Below, piece by piece: positions 9,675 to 19,176 of a DNA stretch of 64,000 nucleotides (positions are counted from its first letter, which is position 1; each line of letters begins with the position of its first letter). The stretch is from an uncultured Actinomycetes bacterium (GTDB lineage: Bacteria > Actinomycetota > Thermoleophilia > Gaiellales > Gaiellaceae). The stretch is taken from NCBI GenBank assembly GCA_963734285.1, contig CAVTGM010000009.1:8663-72662 (forward strand), read 5' to 3'. Below the pieces are notes generated by a model, which saw nothing but the letters and a program-made list of their open reading frames with translations, had not been told where the DNA came from and searched no databases. The position numbers were made by a program, and so were the translations under genes.

Positions 9675-9988
9675 ATCTCGATGTGCCGGGCCTCGTAGCA
9701 GGCCAGCGCCCACCGCTCGGCCGTGCCGACGACGCGCACGCCAACGTCGTCGCCGCCGTCGGCGGTCTCGATCACGACCTGGTGGAGCGACACTTCGCGA
9801 TCGTCGCTGAACTCGTGCCGCTCCTCGGCGACGATCTCGAACGACGGCGCGATGTCCCGCAGCGCGTGGGCAAGGTCGTCGATCTCCGCAGGAGTCACCT
9901 GGCGGCCTGTCAGCACGCCGAAGTTCACCCGTACCTCGACCGCGAGGCGCTCGTGCTCGCTCACGCGGAATGCGATTACCGGTTCCAT
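9671..9988 (-). CDS. Hypothetical protein (105 aa), translationally coupled to the ABC transporter operon
   Basis: It starts MEPVIAFRVSEHERLAVEVRVNFG inside ORF 9671..10051. Its ATG overlaps the stop of the upstream permease by 1 nt (TGATG). Confidence 0.5.
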   Translation of the reverse strand: MEPVIAFRVSEHERLAVEVRVNFGVLTGRQVTPAEIDDLAHALRDIAPSFEIVAEERHEFSDDREVSLHQVVIETADGGDDVGVRVVGTAERWALACYEARHIEI

Positions 9989-10734
9989 CACGTGTCTCTC
10001 GGCTCCCATCTGAACTTCAACGCGGCGACGGCCACTCCGGCTACGCCCCACGCCGCGAGGACGCCGATCGCGGTCCCCTGTGACCAGAACGAGTGCTTGT
10101 GTAGGTATACCGCGTTCGAGAGGTCGACGAGGTATTTGAGCGGGAGCGCGTCTCCGACGATGCGGAGGAAGTGCGGGTAGTGCCGGGTCGGACCGAACGC
10201 GCCCGTGAGGAACGCCATCGGGAGCACGATGAGGTTGACGACCGCGGACGAGCCTTCGCCCGAGCGGATGAGCCCGCTGAGCCCGACGCCCATCGCCGCG
10301 AAGCAGACCGATCCGAGCACGACGAGGAGGACGATCGAGCCGGGACGCGCCGGGAACGGCGTCCCGAAGACGACACGACCGAGCAGGAAGAGCACGACCG
10401 TCTCGCCGGCGAAGACGAGCAGCGTCGACGTGAGGAGGGACGCGAGGTACACGATTGGCGGCAGCGGCGTCGCGCGCAGCCGCTTGAGGATCGCCTGCTC
10501 GCGCCGCAACACGAGCGTGATCGCGAGGCCCGCGAACGCCACCATTGCGCAGCCGTACCCGATGAGCGCGGCGAGCAGCGCCTGCGCGGCCGGCACGCCG
10601 TAGATGTGACCGGAGTACACCGACCCGAGCAGCATGAAGAGCAGCAGCGGGAAGATGAACGTGAACACCGCCGCCTCGCGCGACCGCCAGTACACGAGCT
10701 GCTCCACCTTCAGCTGATGGAGGTACAGCTTCAC
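9988..10734 (-). CDS. ABC-2 type transporter permease
   Basis: 248 aa with 6 TM helices; YWRSREAAVFTFIFPLLLF is typical of ABC-2 permeases. It overlaps the ATPase stop by 4 nt. Confidence 0.8.
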   Translation of the reverse strand: MKLYLHQLKVEQLVYWRSREAAVFTFIFPLLLFMLLGSVYSGHIYGVPAAQALLAALIGYGCAMVAFAGLAITLVLRREQAILKRLRATPLPPIVYLASLLTSTLLVFAGETVVLFLLGRVVFGTPFPARPGSIVLLVVLGSVCFAAMGVGLSGLIRSGEGSSAVVNLIVLPMAFLTGAFGPTRHYPHFLRIVGDALPLKYLVDLSNAVYLHKHSFWSQGTAIGVLAAWGVAGVAVAALKFRWEPRDT

Positions 10735-11579
10735 TCGTTCTCCTCCTGCACGAGCGTGAGGTAGACCTCTTCGAGCGTCGGCCGCCGCACCTCGAGCCGC
10801 TCGAGCTCCTCGCCGCGGCCGATCGCGTCGGCCGTGATCTCGTGCAAGACGCGCGTTGGCTCGCTCGTGCGCACGAGGATCTCCTCGCCGTCGCGGCGGT
10901 AGCGGATCTCCACCTCGAGGTCGTCGGAGGTGAGCTCGCGCGGCGTCCCGATGCGGACGATGCGGCCTTCGCGCATGACCGCGACGCGGTCGGCGAGCTG
11001 CTCCGCCTCGTCGAGGTAGTGCGTCGTCAGCAGCACTGTCTTACCCAGCTCGCGCAGCGAGCGGATCATCTCCCACGCAGCACGGCGCGCTGCGGGGTCG
11101 AAGCCCGTCGTCGGCTCGTCGAGGAACACGAGATCCGGATCGCCGACGAGCGCGACGCCGAGGTCGAGCCGCCGCTTCTGTCCGCCGGACAGCGTCTTCA
11201 CTCGCGCGTCGCGCTTTTCAGTCAGCCCGACGAGGTCGACGACCTCGTCGACGTCACGCGGATGCGCGTAGTAGCCGGCGAACACGGAGTGCGTCTCGCG
11301 CACTGTCAGGTTCGCCCAGAGCTGGGCCTGCTGCAGGACGACGCCGATGCGTTCGCGGAAGTCGCGGCCGGGACGCTGCGGGTCGTGACCGAGCACCGAC
11401 ACCTCTCCCGCATCGCGCGCCCGGTAGCCCTCGAGGATCTCGACGGTCGTCGTCTTGCCGGCGCCATTCGGACCGAGCAGGCCGAACACCTCGCCCTCCT
11501 CGATGTCGAAGTCGACGCCGCGCACCGCCTCGACTGCGCCGTACGACTTGCGCAGTCCGCGGACGGAGATCGCGCTCAC
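10731..11579 (-). CDS. ABC transporter ATP-binding protein (DrrA-like)
   Basis: Walker A GPNGAGKTT, signature LSGGQKRRL and Walker B LVFLDEPTTGFD. Confidence 0.9.
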   Translation of the reverse strand: MSAISVRGLRKSYGAVEAVRGVDFDIEEGEVFGLLGPNGAGKTTTVEILEGYRARDAGEVSVLGHDPQRPGRDFRERIGVVLQQAQLWANLTVRETHSVFAGYYAHPRDVDEVVDLVGLTEKRDARVKTLSGGQKRRLDLGVALVGDPDLVFLDEPTTGFDPAARRAAWEMIRSLRELGKTVLLTTHYLDEAEQLADRVAVMREGRIVRIGTPRELTSDDLEVEIRYRRDGEEILVRTSEPTRVLHEITADAIGRGEELERLEVRRPTLEEVYLTLVQEENE

Positions 11580-11956
11580 AGCTCGATCTCGTACGTGCCG
11601 GCGGGCGGGAAGGGGACCTCGACGCCGGCGAGCTCGAGGACGGCGTGACCGCAGTCGGGCTGGTGGCCCACGACGACCACGACGCCGCCGCGGCCGAACG
11701 CCGCGTCGCGTACGTCGTCCGGTGACGCACCCGGGGCGAGCCGCTGGTCGATCTCCGGCTCGCCGAGCGCCAATGCAGTCGCCGTCTCTCGCGCGCGCAG
11801 CAGCGGGCTCGTCACGACAGCGTCCGCCGCGAAGCCCTCGCGGCGCAGTCGCTCGCCGAGGGCGCGCGCATGCTCGCGTCCTCGAGGCGTCAGCTCGCGG
11901 AGCTCGTCCGGCTCGCCGGGTGCTGCTTCCGCGTGGCGGACGAGGAGGAGTCGCAT
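11576..11956 (-). CDS. Histidine phosphatase family protein (SixA-like)
   Basis: Last 126 codons of ORF 11576..12664: MRLLLVRHAEA (RHG-type motif) and VVVVGHQPD. It overlaps the ABC ATPase start by 4 nt. Confidence 0.7.
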   Translation of the reverse strand: MRLLLVRHAEAAPGEPDELRELTPRGREHARALGERLRREGFAADAVVTSPLLRARETATALALGEPEIDQRLAPGASPDDVRDAAFGRGGVVVVVGHQPDCGHAVLELAGVEVPFPPAGTYEIEL

Positions 11957-11983
11957 CGCCGGGCGAACGATAGTCTGGCTTCC

Positions 11984-12814
11984 GTGGCGGGCTTCCGGTA
12001 CGTCGTCGCCGACGTCTTCACAGACGTCCCGCTCGCCGGCAACCAGCTCGCCGTCTTCACGGACGCGCGCGAGCTTCCCGAGGAGCAGCTGCAGAAGCTC
12101 GCGCGGGAGATGAACTTCTCGGAGACGGTCTTCGTCCTTCCGCCCGAGCAGGGCGGGCACGTGAAGCTGCGCATCTTCACGCCCTCGAACGAGCTTCCGT
12201 TCGCCGGGCATCCGATGCTCGGTACGGCGTTCGTGCTCGCCGGCCCGCTCCAGCTCGTCGAGATCCGCCTGGAGACCGGCGCCGGGATCGTGCCGGTCCG
12301 GCTCGAGCGCGAAGGCCCGCGCATCGTGTTCGGCTGGATGACCCAGCCGCAGGCGACATGGGAGCCGTTCGACCGCGTCGACGAGCTCCTCGGCGTGCTC
12401 GGGACGGAAACGACAGACCTTCCGGTCGAGCGCTACCGCCAGGGCCCGGGGCACGTGTTGGTCGAGCTCCCGTCCGCAAGCGCCGTGGCTGAGCTGCAGC
12501 CCGATCTCGGCGCGCTCGCCCGGTTGATGCCCGACGGCGCCGTCTGCTTCGCACGCGACGGCTCGCGGTGGAAGTCGCGCGTCTTCGTTCCCGGCGCCGG
12601 CGTCGCCGAGGACCCCGCGACCGGCTCCGCGGCGGGACCGCTCGCGCTCCATCTCGCACGGCACGGCCGCATCGCGTTCGGCGACGAGATCGAGATCTCT
12701 CAGGGATCGGAGATCAAGCGGCCGTCAACGCTGTACGCCGTTGCGCACTCGCCCGAGCACGTCGAGGTCGGCGGCTCGGCCGTCATCGTCGCGCGCGGCG
12801 AGTTCCGCGTCTAG
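11984..12814 (+). CDS. PhzF family isomerase
   Basis: From GTG 11984: FRYVVADVFTDVPLAGNQLAVF, MNFSETVFV, FAGHP and EDPATGSAAGPLA, the classic PhzF/DAP-epimerase-like motifs. Confidence 0.8.
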   Translation: MAGFRYVVADVFTDVPLAGNQLAVFTDARELPEEQLQKLAREMNFSETVFVLPPEQGGHVKLRIFTPSNELPFAGHPMLGTAFVLAGPLQLVEIRLETGAGIVPVRLEREGPRIVFGWMTQPQATWEPFDRVDELLGVLGTETTDLPVERYRQGPGHVLVELPSASAVAELQPDLGALARLMPDGAVCFARDGSRWKSRVFVPGAGVAEDPATGSAAGPLALHLARHGRIAFGDEIEISQGSEIKRPSTLYAVAHSPEHVEVGGSAVIVARGEFRV

Positions 12815-13200
12815 TCGATCCAGGCGACGCCGACGATGTCGGGTAACTCGAGCGCGAGCGACCGCCAGAAGACGCCGCCGTTTGTCGAGAGGTAGAGCCG
12901 GTTGCGGCCGGCGTAGAGCATCCGGTCGGGATCGTCTTCTGCGACGGCTATCGCGAACCCGGGCGGCAGACCGCCGCCGGCCTCGCGCCACGTGGCGCCT
13001 GCGTCGTTCGAGATCGCGAGCGGCGGGCGGCGGTCGACGATTGCCACGACCGTCGAGCCGGCTCCTGAAGTCGCGACCACGCGGGGAAGGTCGACACGCG
13101 GGGCGTCGGCGGCGGGGAGCTCGTCCCCAGCTCCGATCAGCGTTTCCTCCTCGACGTCGACGAGCACGACACCGTCGACCGTCTCGGCCGCGGCGATCAT
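12811..13200 (-). CDS. Hypothetical protein with BNR/Asp-box-like motifs (SNDAGATW, STNGGVFW)
   Basis: Last 129 codons of ORF 12811..13797, starting MIAAAETVDG. It overlaps the PfkB gene stop by ATGA. Confidence 0.45.
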   Translation of the reverse strand: MIAAAETVDGVVLVDVEEETLIGAGDELPAADAPRVDLPRVVATSGAGSTVVAIVDRRPPLAISNDAGATWREAGGGLPPGFAIAVAEDDPDRMLYAGRNRLYLSTNGGVFWRSLALELPDIVGVAWID

Positions 13201-13928
13201 CGCAGCTGCTCCGACACGAGCGCCGTCGCGCGGCGCGCTGCGTCGACGGGCTCCGCTCCCTGCGAGCGAGCGACGAGATACGCAGCCGCGAACATGTCGC
13301 CGGCGCCCGTCGGGTCGCGGTCGACCGCCTCCGCCTGCACGAGCACGCCGTTGACGGTCGCGCCGCGCGCGCCGTGCGTGACGATCATCTCGGGGACGTC
13401 GACGGAACCGATGACGGCGGCCTCCTCGTCGGCCGCCTTCAGCATGTCGACGTGCTGCAGCTGCGCGCGGTCGAACCGGTCGTCCAACCGCAGCGGCCCG
13501 GGCTCGGGCACGCGCACGAGCCCGTGCGCGTCGAGGAGAACGGCACGCCCTTCGGCAACGTCGGCGACGTCGATATCGCCGCGGAGGAGCGAGCCGACGT
13601 ACAGCCACTCGACGCCGTCGAGGCGAAGCTCGTTCGCCGTCCAGGGATCGCCGACGACGTCGACCGTCATCGTGCGCACGCCGTTTGCGTCGTAGGAAAA
13701 CGAGAACGCCGTCGTCTCCGCGCCGACGACGAGCTCGAAGGGAAGGTCGAGCGTCTCGAGCTGGCGTGTGAACTCGATCGCATCTGCCTCGCCGCACTTC
13801 GCGACGATGCGCGCGCGCACGCCGAGCGCACGCAGAGCGCGGGACGCATGCCAGGGCGGGCCGCCGATGCGCGGCGCGCCACCGGCGATGACGTCACGCG
13901 AGAGCTGTCCGACGACGGCGAGTTGCAC
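13197..13928 (-). CDS. PfkB family carbohydrate/nucleoside kinase
   Basis: 243 aa with the C-terminal DPTGAGDMFAAAY PfkB signature. Confidence 0.75.
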   Translation of the reverse strand: MQLAVVGQLSRDVIAGGAPRIGGPPWHASRALRALGVRARIVAKCGEADAIEFTRQLETLDLPFELVVGAETTAFSFSYDANGVRTMTVDVVGDPWTANELRLDGVEWLYVGSLLRGDIDVADVAEGRAVLLDAHGLVRVPEPGPLRLDDRFDRAQLQHVDMLKAADEEAAVIGSVDVPEMIVTHGARGATVNGVLVQAEAVDRDPTGAGDMFAAAYLVARSQGAEPVDAARRATALVSEQLR

Positions 13929-15240
13929 GCGAGACCGATCGGAAGACGAGCATGAGCGCGAACGCGGCGAAGAAGCTCGGCAGCGAGGCGGTGAAGCTCA
14001 CGCTCTGAGGATGCGTGTGCGCGACGAGCCGCGTCCACCACGCAGGCCCGACGGGCGACAGCCACTGGTAGAGGCCGAAGCCCACGAGCCACGCGACGAG
14101 CGCGCCGGGTCGCCATTCCACGTCGTTGAAGATGTGCGCCTGCGTGTAGTGGCCGCCGGCGGCCAGCCAATCGGCCGCGAGGACGCCGAAGAGCGGAACG
14201 AAGAACGAACCGAGGAGATAGAGGAAGTCCTGGTAGTTCCCGAGGTTCAGCGCGAGCGCGAGCCCGGTGGCGACCACGGAGACCAGCGTGATCAAGAGCC
14301 GCTGCGACGCTTTCGGCAAGAAGTTCTGCAGGGAGACCGCGGTCGAGTAGATGTCCGCGAACGCCTTCTCGCTCTCGTCGATCGTGATGGCGGCGAGCGC
14401 GACGAACGCGATGCCGCCCGCCACTGCGACTGCAGCCGGAAGCGCCTGCGCGTCGGAGACGCCGCGCGCGAGCACGATCAAGACGCCGAGGCCGATGCAC
14501 CAAAGCGTCGGCACGAGGTAGCCGATGCCCGCCCCGAGCGCTGCGCCGCGGCGCGTGCGTGAGAAGCGCGTGTAGTCGGCGGCGAGCGGCGTCCACGAGA
14601 CGACGCTGCCGATGACGAGGTCAACCGCCTGCCCGAACGATGGGAACCCGCCCTTGCCGGGGCTCGCCCAGAACGCGTGCAGATGCGACTTCGAGATCGC
14701 CCAGTACGTGAGGTACGCCATCGAGAACAGCAGCGCCCACGACGCGAACTTGCGCAGGTAGCGCCGCACGAACCCGATCGGCCCGAGCATCCCGAGTGCC
14801 CAGCTGAGTACGCCGAAGACGAGCGTCCAGAACCATTTCCCGTGCCAGTGGAAGAGATGCTGCGAGAGCGCGCCCGCGGCGGTCGCGATGATGATCAGCT
14901 CGAACGTCGACCAGCCGAGGTTTTGCGCGACGTTGAGCCCTGTCGGCAGGTATGAGCCTCTACGGCCGAGGGGCGCACGCAGGAGCACCATGCCGGGCAC
15001 GCGGGCATCCGCGCCGATGAGCGCGGCGAGCGCGAGCAGCGCGTTCCCGACGAGCGCTCCGACGAGAATCGCAAGAAGGGCGTCGCGCAGCGAGAGCGCC
15101 GGCACCAGCAGCGCGCCGATGACGATCACGAGCAGCGACACCGACAGGTTCCCCCACAGGAGCGTCGAGTCGAGCCCGCTCAGGACCTGCAGCCGCGCGG
15201 GGACCGGGTCGATGCCCCAGCTGGGAGTCGCGTCGCGCAT
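13894..15240 (-). CDS. NCS1 family (purine-cytosine/CytX-like) permease
   Basis: From MRDATPSWGIDPVP within ORF 13894..15327: 12 TM helices, NLGWSTFELII and SWTPLAADYTRF motifs. Confidence 0.8.
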   Translation of the reverse strand: MRDATPSWGIDPVPARLQVLSGLDSTLLWGNLSVSLLVIVIGALLVPALSLRDALLAILVGALVGNALLALAALIGADARVPGMVLLRAPLGRRGSYLPTGLNVAQNLGWSTFELIIIATAAGALSQHLFHWHGKWFWTLVFGVLSWALGMLGPIGFVRRYLRKFASWALLFSMAYLTYWAISKSHLHAFWASPGKGGFPSFGQAVDLVIGSVVSWTPLAADYTRFSRTRRGAALGAGIGYLVPTLWCIGLGVLIVLARGVSDAQALPAAVAVAGGIAFVALAAITIDESEKAFADIYSTAVSLQNFLPKASQRLLITLVSVVATGLALALNLGNYQDFLYLLGSFFVPLFGVLAADWLAAGGHYTQAHIFNDVEWRPGALVAWLVGFGLYQWLSPVGPAWWTRLVAHTHPQSVSFTASLPSFFAAFALMLVFRSVSRATRRRRTALA

Positions 15241-15261
15241 CGGCGGTAGGCTACGCACTCG

Positions 15262-15708
15262 ATGAAGCGCCTCGCGTTGCTCGCTTTCGCCGGCGTGCTG
15301 CTCGCCGGATGCGGCGGCAGCAGCCACCTGTCGAAGTCCGCCTACGAGCTGCGGCTGCAGACCGACGGGAAGACCGTGCAGAAGTCCGTCAACGCGCTCA
15401 CGAAGACGGCGCCGACCTCGCTCGCGCAGTTTGCGCAGCGCGTCGACGCTGCTGAGGTTGCGGTCAAGGCGGCGGCGGACGATCTCGATTCGCTCAAGCC
15501 GCCGTCGGACGCCACGGCCGACAACACCGCCATCGTCACCGCGCTGCGCGCCATCCAGTCCGCGCTCGAGCGCGTCAAGGCCAACCCGGCTGCGGCGGCG
15601 GCGATCGTCTCGACGCTCCAGGCATCGCCCGCGCTGAAGGCGGCGGAGAAGGCGACCACCGACCTTAAGACGAAGGGCTACAAGGTCGGCGTCATCGGCG
15701 CGCCGTAG
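15262..15708 (+). CDS. Lipoprotein, Ala-rich helical, unknown function
   Basis: MKRLALLAFAGVLLAG-C lipobox; 148 aa. The stop lies 1 nt from the stop of the convergent CMD gene. Confidence 0.65.
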   Translation: MKRLALLAFAGVLLAGCGGSSHLSKSAYELRLQTDGKTVQKSVNALTKTAPTSLAQFAQRVDAAEVAVKAAADDLDSLKPPSDATADNTAIVTALRAIQSALERVKANPAAAAAIVSTLQASPALKAAEKATTDLKTKGYKVGVIGAP

Positions 15709-15709
15709 T

Positions 15710-16267
15710 TCAGGCGTAGCCTTCGTCGAAGAAGCGGCCCTCGTGCGCGATTGCCTGCTCGCGTGTCAGGCCCTGCTCCGAATGCGGCGCCGCGCCGATC
15801 GCGTCAGCGAAGCGCGTGATCATCTCGAACCCCGCCTGCACGTCCGCCGCGTCACGCAGCGCCTGCTTCGACACGCCGGCCGCGAGCGCGCGCGCAGGGT
15901 CGAGCGTCGATAGGAAGGCCAGCGTCCCCCGCAGCCGTTCATCGATCGGTGCGGTCTCGAAGTCGTCGAGGATCGCGTCGACGAGCTCCGTGCTTCCGAA
16001 CGCATACGACGCGACCGCGCCGTGGGCCTCCGTTCAGAACGGGCATTGCCGCAGCTTGGAAGCGAAGGCGGCGAACAACTCGCGCTCGGCCTCGCTCCAC
16101 TCGGACGGCCCCTTCATCACCTCCTGGAAGTACGCGGAGATCGGCTCGCCGAAGAGCTCCGGTCGGTAGCGGAGCGCGAGCGAGATGTCGGACACGTAGC
16201 CGTCGCGCGCCCGTAGCTCCGCGATCCGCGCCGCCATCTCCAGCGAATGCGAGAGCTCAACCAGCAT
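15710..16267 (-). CDS. AhpD/carboxymuconolactone decarboxylase family protein with in-frame TGA (candidate selenocysteine) in a C-x-x-U-x-x-x-H motif
   Basis: ATG 16267 gives MLVELSHSLE...ERELFAAFASKLRQCPF, then TGA (16036-16034). The same frame continues TEAHGAVASYAFGSTELVDAILDDFETAPIDERLRGTLAFL...FFDEGYA to TGA 15712-15710. The offset 16036-15712 is 324, a multiple of 3. Confidence 0.6.
16006..16023 (-). promoter_or_regulatory. SECIS-like hairpin (7-bp stem, GGUC loop) starting 11 nt after the in-frame UGA
   Basis: The mRNA reads UGA-ACGGAGGCCC-ACGGCGC-GGUC-GCGUCGU. Pairs are A-U, C-G, G-C, G.U, C-G, G-C and C-G. Loop sequence and spacing resemble the E. coli fdhF SelB-binding minihelix (from memory). 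Confidence 0.5.
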
Positions 16268-16514
16268 CGATTGCCTCGTGTGCGCGTCGCCGCTTCTCGT
16301 CCGCGGCCGCGTACGCGACCGGCAGCACCGCCTCATACAGCGCATCCGCGTCGAGCCCGGCAACGTCGGCTTGTGTGATCTTCCACGCGCTGACGCGCAC
16401 CTTTTCGAGCAGCGGCGTCAGCTCGCCGACGGGGCCGGCGGCCTCGCCGACGCGGCGCCAGAGGTCGTCAGTCCGCGAGGAGCCGGCGGAGGACGAACTG
16501 GAGGATTCCGCCAT
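16257..16514 (-). other. Short ORF or remnant resembling the C-terminal half of a CMD-family paralogue
   Basis: Frame of ORF 16257..16610: GPVGELTPLLEKVRVSAWKITQADVAGLDADALYEAVLPVAYAA. The only ATG (16514) lies inside the aconitase 3' end, and the stop overlaps the next gene by 11 nt. Confidence 0.2.
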
Positions 16515-19122
16515 GCCGCAAGTATTCACGCTCGCGTGGCGTGTCGAGGCGTACCCGCGCGCGGAACTCCTTGTCGTCGGCGCGAACCGTGACGACATCG
16601 GCCTCCGCATTGTCGACGCCGAGGATGGAGAACTCCTCGCGTCCGGTGAGCCCGAGCGACTCGCGGTTCTCGCCCTCCATGAACTGCAACGGCAGCACGC
16701 CCATCATCAGGAGGTTCGAGCGGTGGATGCGCTCATACGACTCCGCGATTGCGGCGCGCACGCCGAGGAGGTTCGGCCCCTTGGCCGCCCAGTCGCGCGA
16801 GGAGCCGGTGCCGTACTCCTTCCCGGCGAGCACGATCGTCGGCACGCCTTCGGCTCGGTAGCGCATCGACGCGTCGTAGATGGTCATCTCTTCGCCGTCG
16901 GGAAGGTGCGCCGTCCACGTTCCCTCGCCGCCCGGCACGAGCTGGTTGCGCAGGCGGACGTTCGCGAACGTCCCGCGCATCATCACCTCGTGATTTCCTC
17001 TCCGCGATCCGTACGAGTTGAAGTCGCGGCGCTCGACGCCGTGCTCCGTCAGGTACGTGCCCGCGGGCGAGTCGGGCCGGATCGCGCCCGCGGGGGAGAT
17101 GTGGTCGGTCGTCACCGAGTCGCCGACCATGACGAGACAACGGGCACCGTGGACGTCCTCGACCGGGACGGGCTCGGCAGGCATTCCTTCGAAGTAGGGC
17201 GGGAGGCGGACGTAGGTCGAGTCCGGATCCCACGCGTACAGGTCGCCGTCGGGAGTGTCGAGCGCGTTCCAGCGCTCGTCGCCCGTGTAGACGTCCGCGT
17301 ACGTGCGCGAGAACATCTCGCCGTCGAGGGAACCGGCGATGGCCGCGTCGATCTCCGCGCGCGTCGGCCAGATATCGCGCAGGTAGACGTCTCCGGCGAT
17401 CGGCTCGGTGGTCAGGTCGATGTCCATGCGGCCCGCGAGCGCGTACGCGACGACGAGCGGCGGCGACATGAGGTAGTTCGCCTTCACCTCGCCGTGGATG
17501 CGCGCCTCGAAGTTGCGGTTGCCCGAGAGGACGGAGCAGACGACAAGGTCGCCGTCCGTCACCTCGGCGGAGATGTCCTCCGGGAGCGGCCCCGAGTTCC
17601 CGATGCACGTCGTGCATCCGTAGCCGACGGTGTTGAACCCGAGGTCGTCGAGGTACGTGTCGAGGCCCGAGCGCCGGAAATACTCGGTCACGACCTTCGA
17701 GCCCGGCGCGAGCGAGGACTTCACCCACGGTTTGCGCGTGAGCCCGCGCTCGACAGCCTTCTTCGCCAGTAGGCCCGCTGCGATCATCACCGACGGGTTC
17801 GACGTATTCGTGCACGACGTGATCGCGGCGATCACGACCGAGCCGTGCCGCAGCCGGCCGGTGGTCGGCTCGGGCGGAGCGGCGACCGCAGTTCCTCGGA
17901 CGCGGTCCGTGTCCGTCGCGCCGTCGAACGTCGGCGGGTCGCTCGCGGGGAACGAGTCCGCCATCTCCTTGTCGTACGTGCCGTTGTCGTAGTCGGCGCC
18001 GAAGGTGCCGAGCGACTCGATGAACGCGGACTTCGCGTTCGCGAGCGGCACGCGGTCCTGCGGACGACGCGGCCCTGCGATCGACGGCTCGACGTCGTCG
18101 AGGTCGAGCTCGACCACCTGCGAATACTCGGGGTGCTCGTGCGGCTCGTGCCAGAGCATGTTCTCCTTGCAGTACGCCTCGACGAGCTCGACGCGCCACT
18201 CAGGCCGTCCGGTCAGCCGCATGTACTCGAGCGTCACCTCGTCGACCGGGAAGAAGCCGCACGTCGCGCCGTACTCGGGGCTCATGTTCCCGAGCGTCGC
18301 GCGGTCGGCGAGCGCCAGCGACGGCACACCCGGGCCGAAGTACTCGACGAACTTCCCGACGACGCCGGTGCCTCGCAGGATCTGCGTTACCGTCAGTACG
18401 AGGTCGGTCGCCGTCGCGCCCTCGCGCAGCGCGCCGCTCAGCCGGAACCCGACGACCTGCGGGACGAGCATGGAGAGCGCCTCGCCGAGCATCGCGGCTT
18501 CCGCCTCGATGCCGCCGACGCCCCAGCCGAGGACGCCGAGCCCGTTCACCATCGTCGTGTGCGAGTCGGTCCCGACGAGCGTGTCGGGGAATGCGACTCC
18601 GTCGCGCGTCTCGACGACGCGCGCGAGGTATTCGAGGTTCACCTGATGGCAGATCCCGGTGTTCGGCGGGACGACCTCGAGCGTGTCGAACGCCTGCTGG
18701 CCCCACCGCAGGAATGCATAGCGCTCGCGGTTGCGCTCGAACTCGAGCTCGACGTTGCGCCCGATCGCGAGCCGCGAGGCGAACTCGTCCACCTGCACCG
18801 AGTGGTCGATGACGAGCTCGGCGGGGATGAGCGGGTTGATCTTCGCGGGGTCGCCGCCCTGGTCGCGCATCGCGTCGCGCATGGCCGCGAGGTCGACGAT
18901 CGCCGGGACGCCGGTGAAGTCCTGAAGGAGGACGCGGGCGGGCATGAACGAGATCTCGTGCGCGGGCTCCGCGGCGGCCGACCAGCCGAGGATGGGCTCG
19001 GTGTCGCCGCCGCTGCGCATGACGTTCTCGAGCAGGATCCGCAGCGTGTACGGCAGGCGCGCGGCGCTCGCGTCAAGGCGGTGGATCTCGTAGGTCCGAT
19101 CGCCGACGCTGAGTGTTGCCAT
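16468..19122 (-). CDS. acnA: Aconitate hydratase A
   Basis: About 885 aa, with [49 protein letters not shown] and NRNFEARIH. Likely start is MATLSVGD (19122); the longer ORF starts at 19149. Confidence 0.95.
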   Translation of the reverse strand: MATLSVGDRTYEIHRLDASAARLPYTLRILLENVMRSGGDTEPILGWSAAAEPAHEISFMPARVLLQDFTGVPAIVDLAAMRDAMRDQGGDPAKINPLIPAELVIDHSVQVDEFASRLAIGRNVELEFERNRERYAFLRWGQQAFDTLEVVPPNTGICHQVNLEYLARVVETRDGVAFPDTLVGTDSHTTMVNGLGVLGWGVGGIEAEAAMLGEALSMLVPQVVGFRLSGALREGATATDLVLTVTQILRGTGVVGKFVEYFGPGVPSLALADRATLGNMSPEYGATCGFFPVDEVTLEYMRLTGRPEWRVELVEAYCKENMLWHEPHEHPEYSQVVELDLDDVEPSIAGPRRPQDRVPLANAKSAFIESLGTFGADYDNGTYDKEMADSFPASDPPTFDGATDTDRVRGTAVAAPPEPTTGRLRHGSVVIAAITSCTNTSNPSVMIAAGLLAKKAVERGLTRKPWVKSSLAPGSKVVTEYFRRSGLDTYLDDLGFNTVGYGCTTCIGNSGPLPEDISAEVTDGDLVVCSVLSGNRNFEARIHGEVKANYLMSPPLVVAYALAGRMDIDLTTEPIAGDVYLRDIWPTRAEIDAAIAGSLDGEMFSRTYADVYTGDERWNALDTPDGDLYAWDPDSTYVRLPPYFEGMPAEPVPVEDVHGARCLVMVGDSVTTDHISPAGAIRPDSPAGTYLTEHGVERRDFNSYGSRRGNHEVMMRGTFANVRLRNQLVPGGEGTWTAHLPDGEEMTIYDASMRYRAEGVPTIVLAGKEYGTGSSRDWAAKGPNLLGVRAAIAESYERIHRSNLLMMGVLPLQFMEGENRESLGLTGREEFSILGVDNAEADVVTVRADDKEFRARVRLDTPREREYLRHGGILQFVLRRLLAD

Positions 19123-19176
19123 ACCCCGATTCAAGCAGAGGGCGGCCACCCGCCGGGCAGCCGCCCTCCGGTGGTG

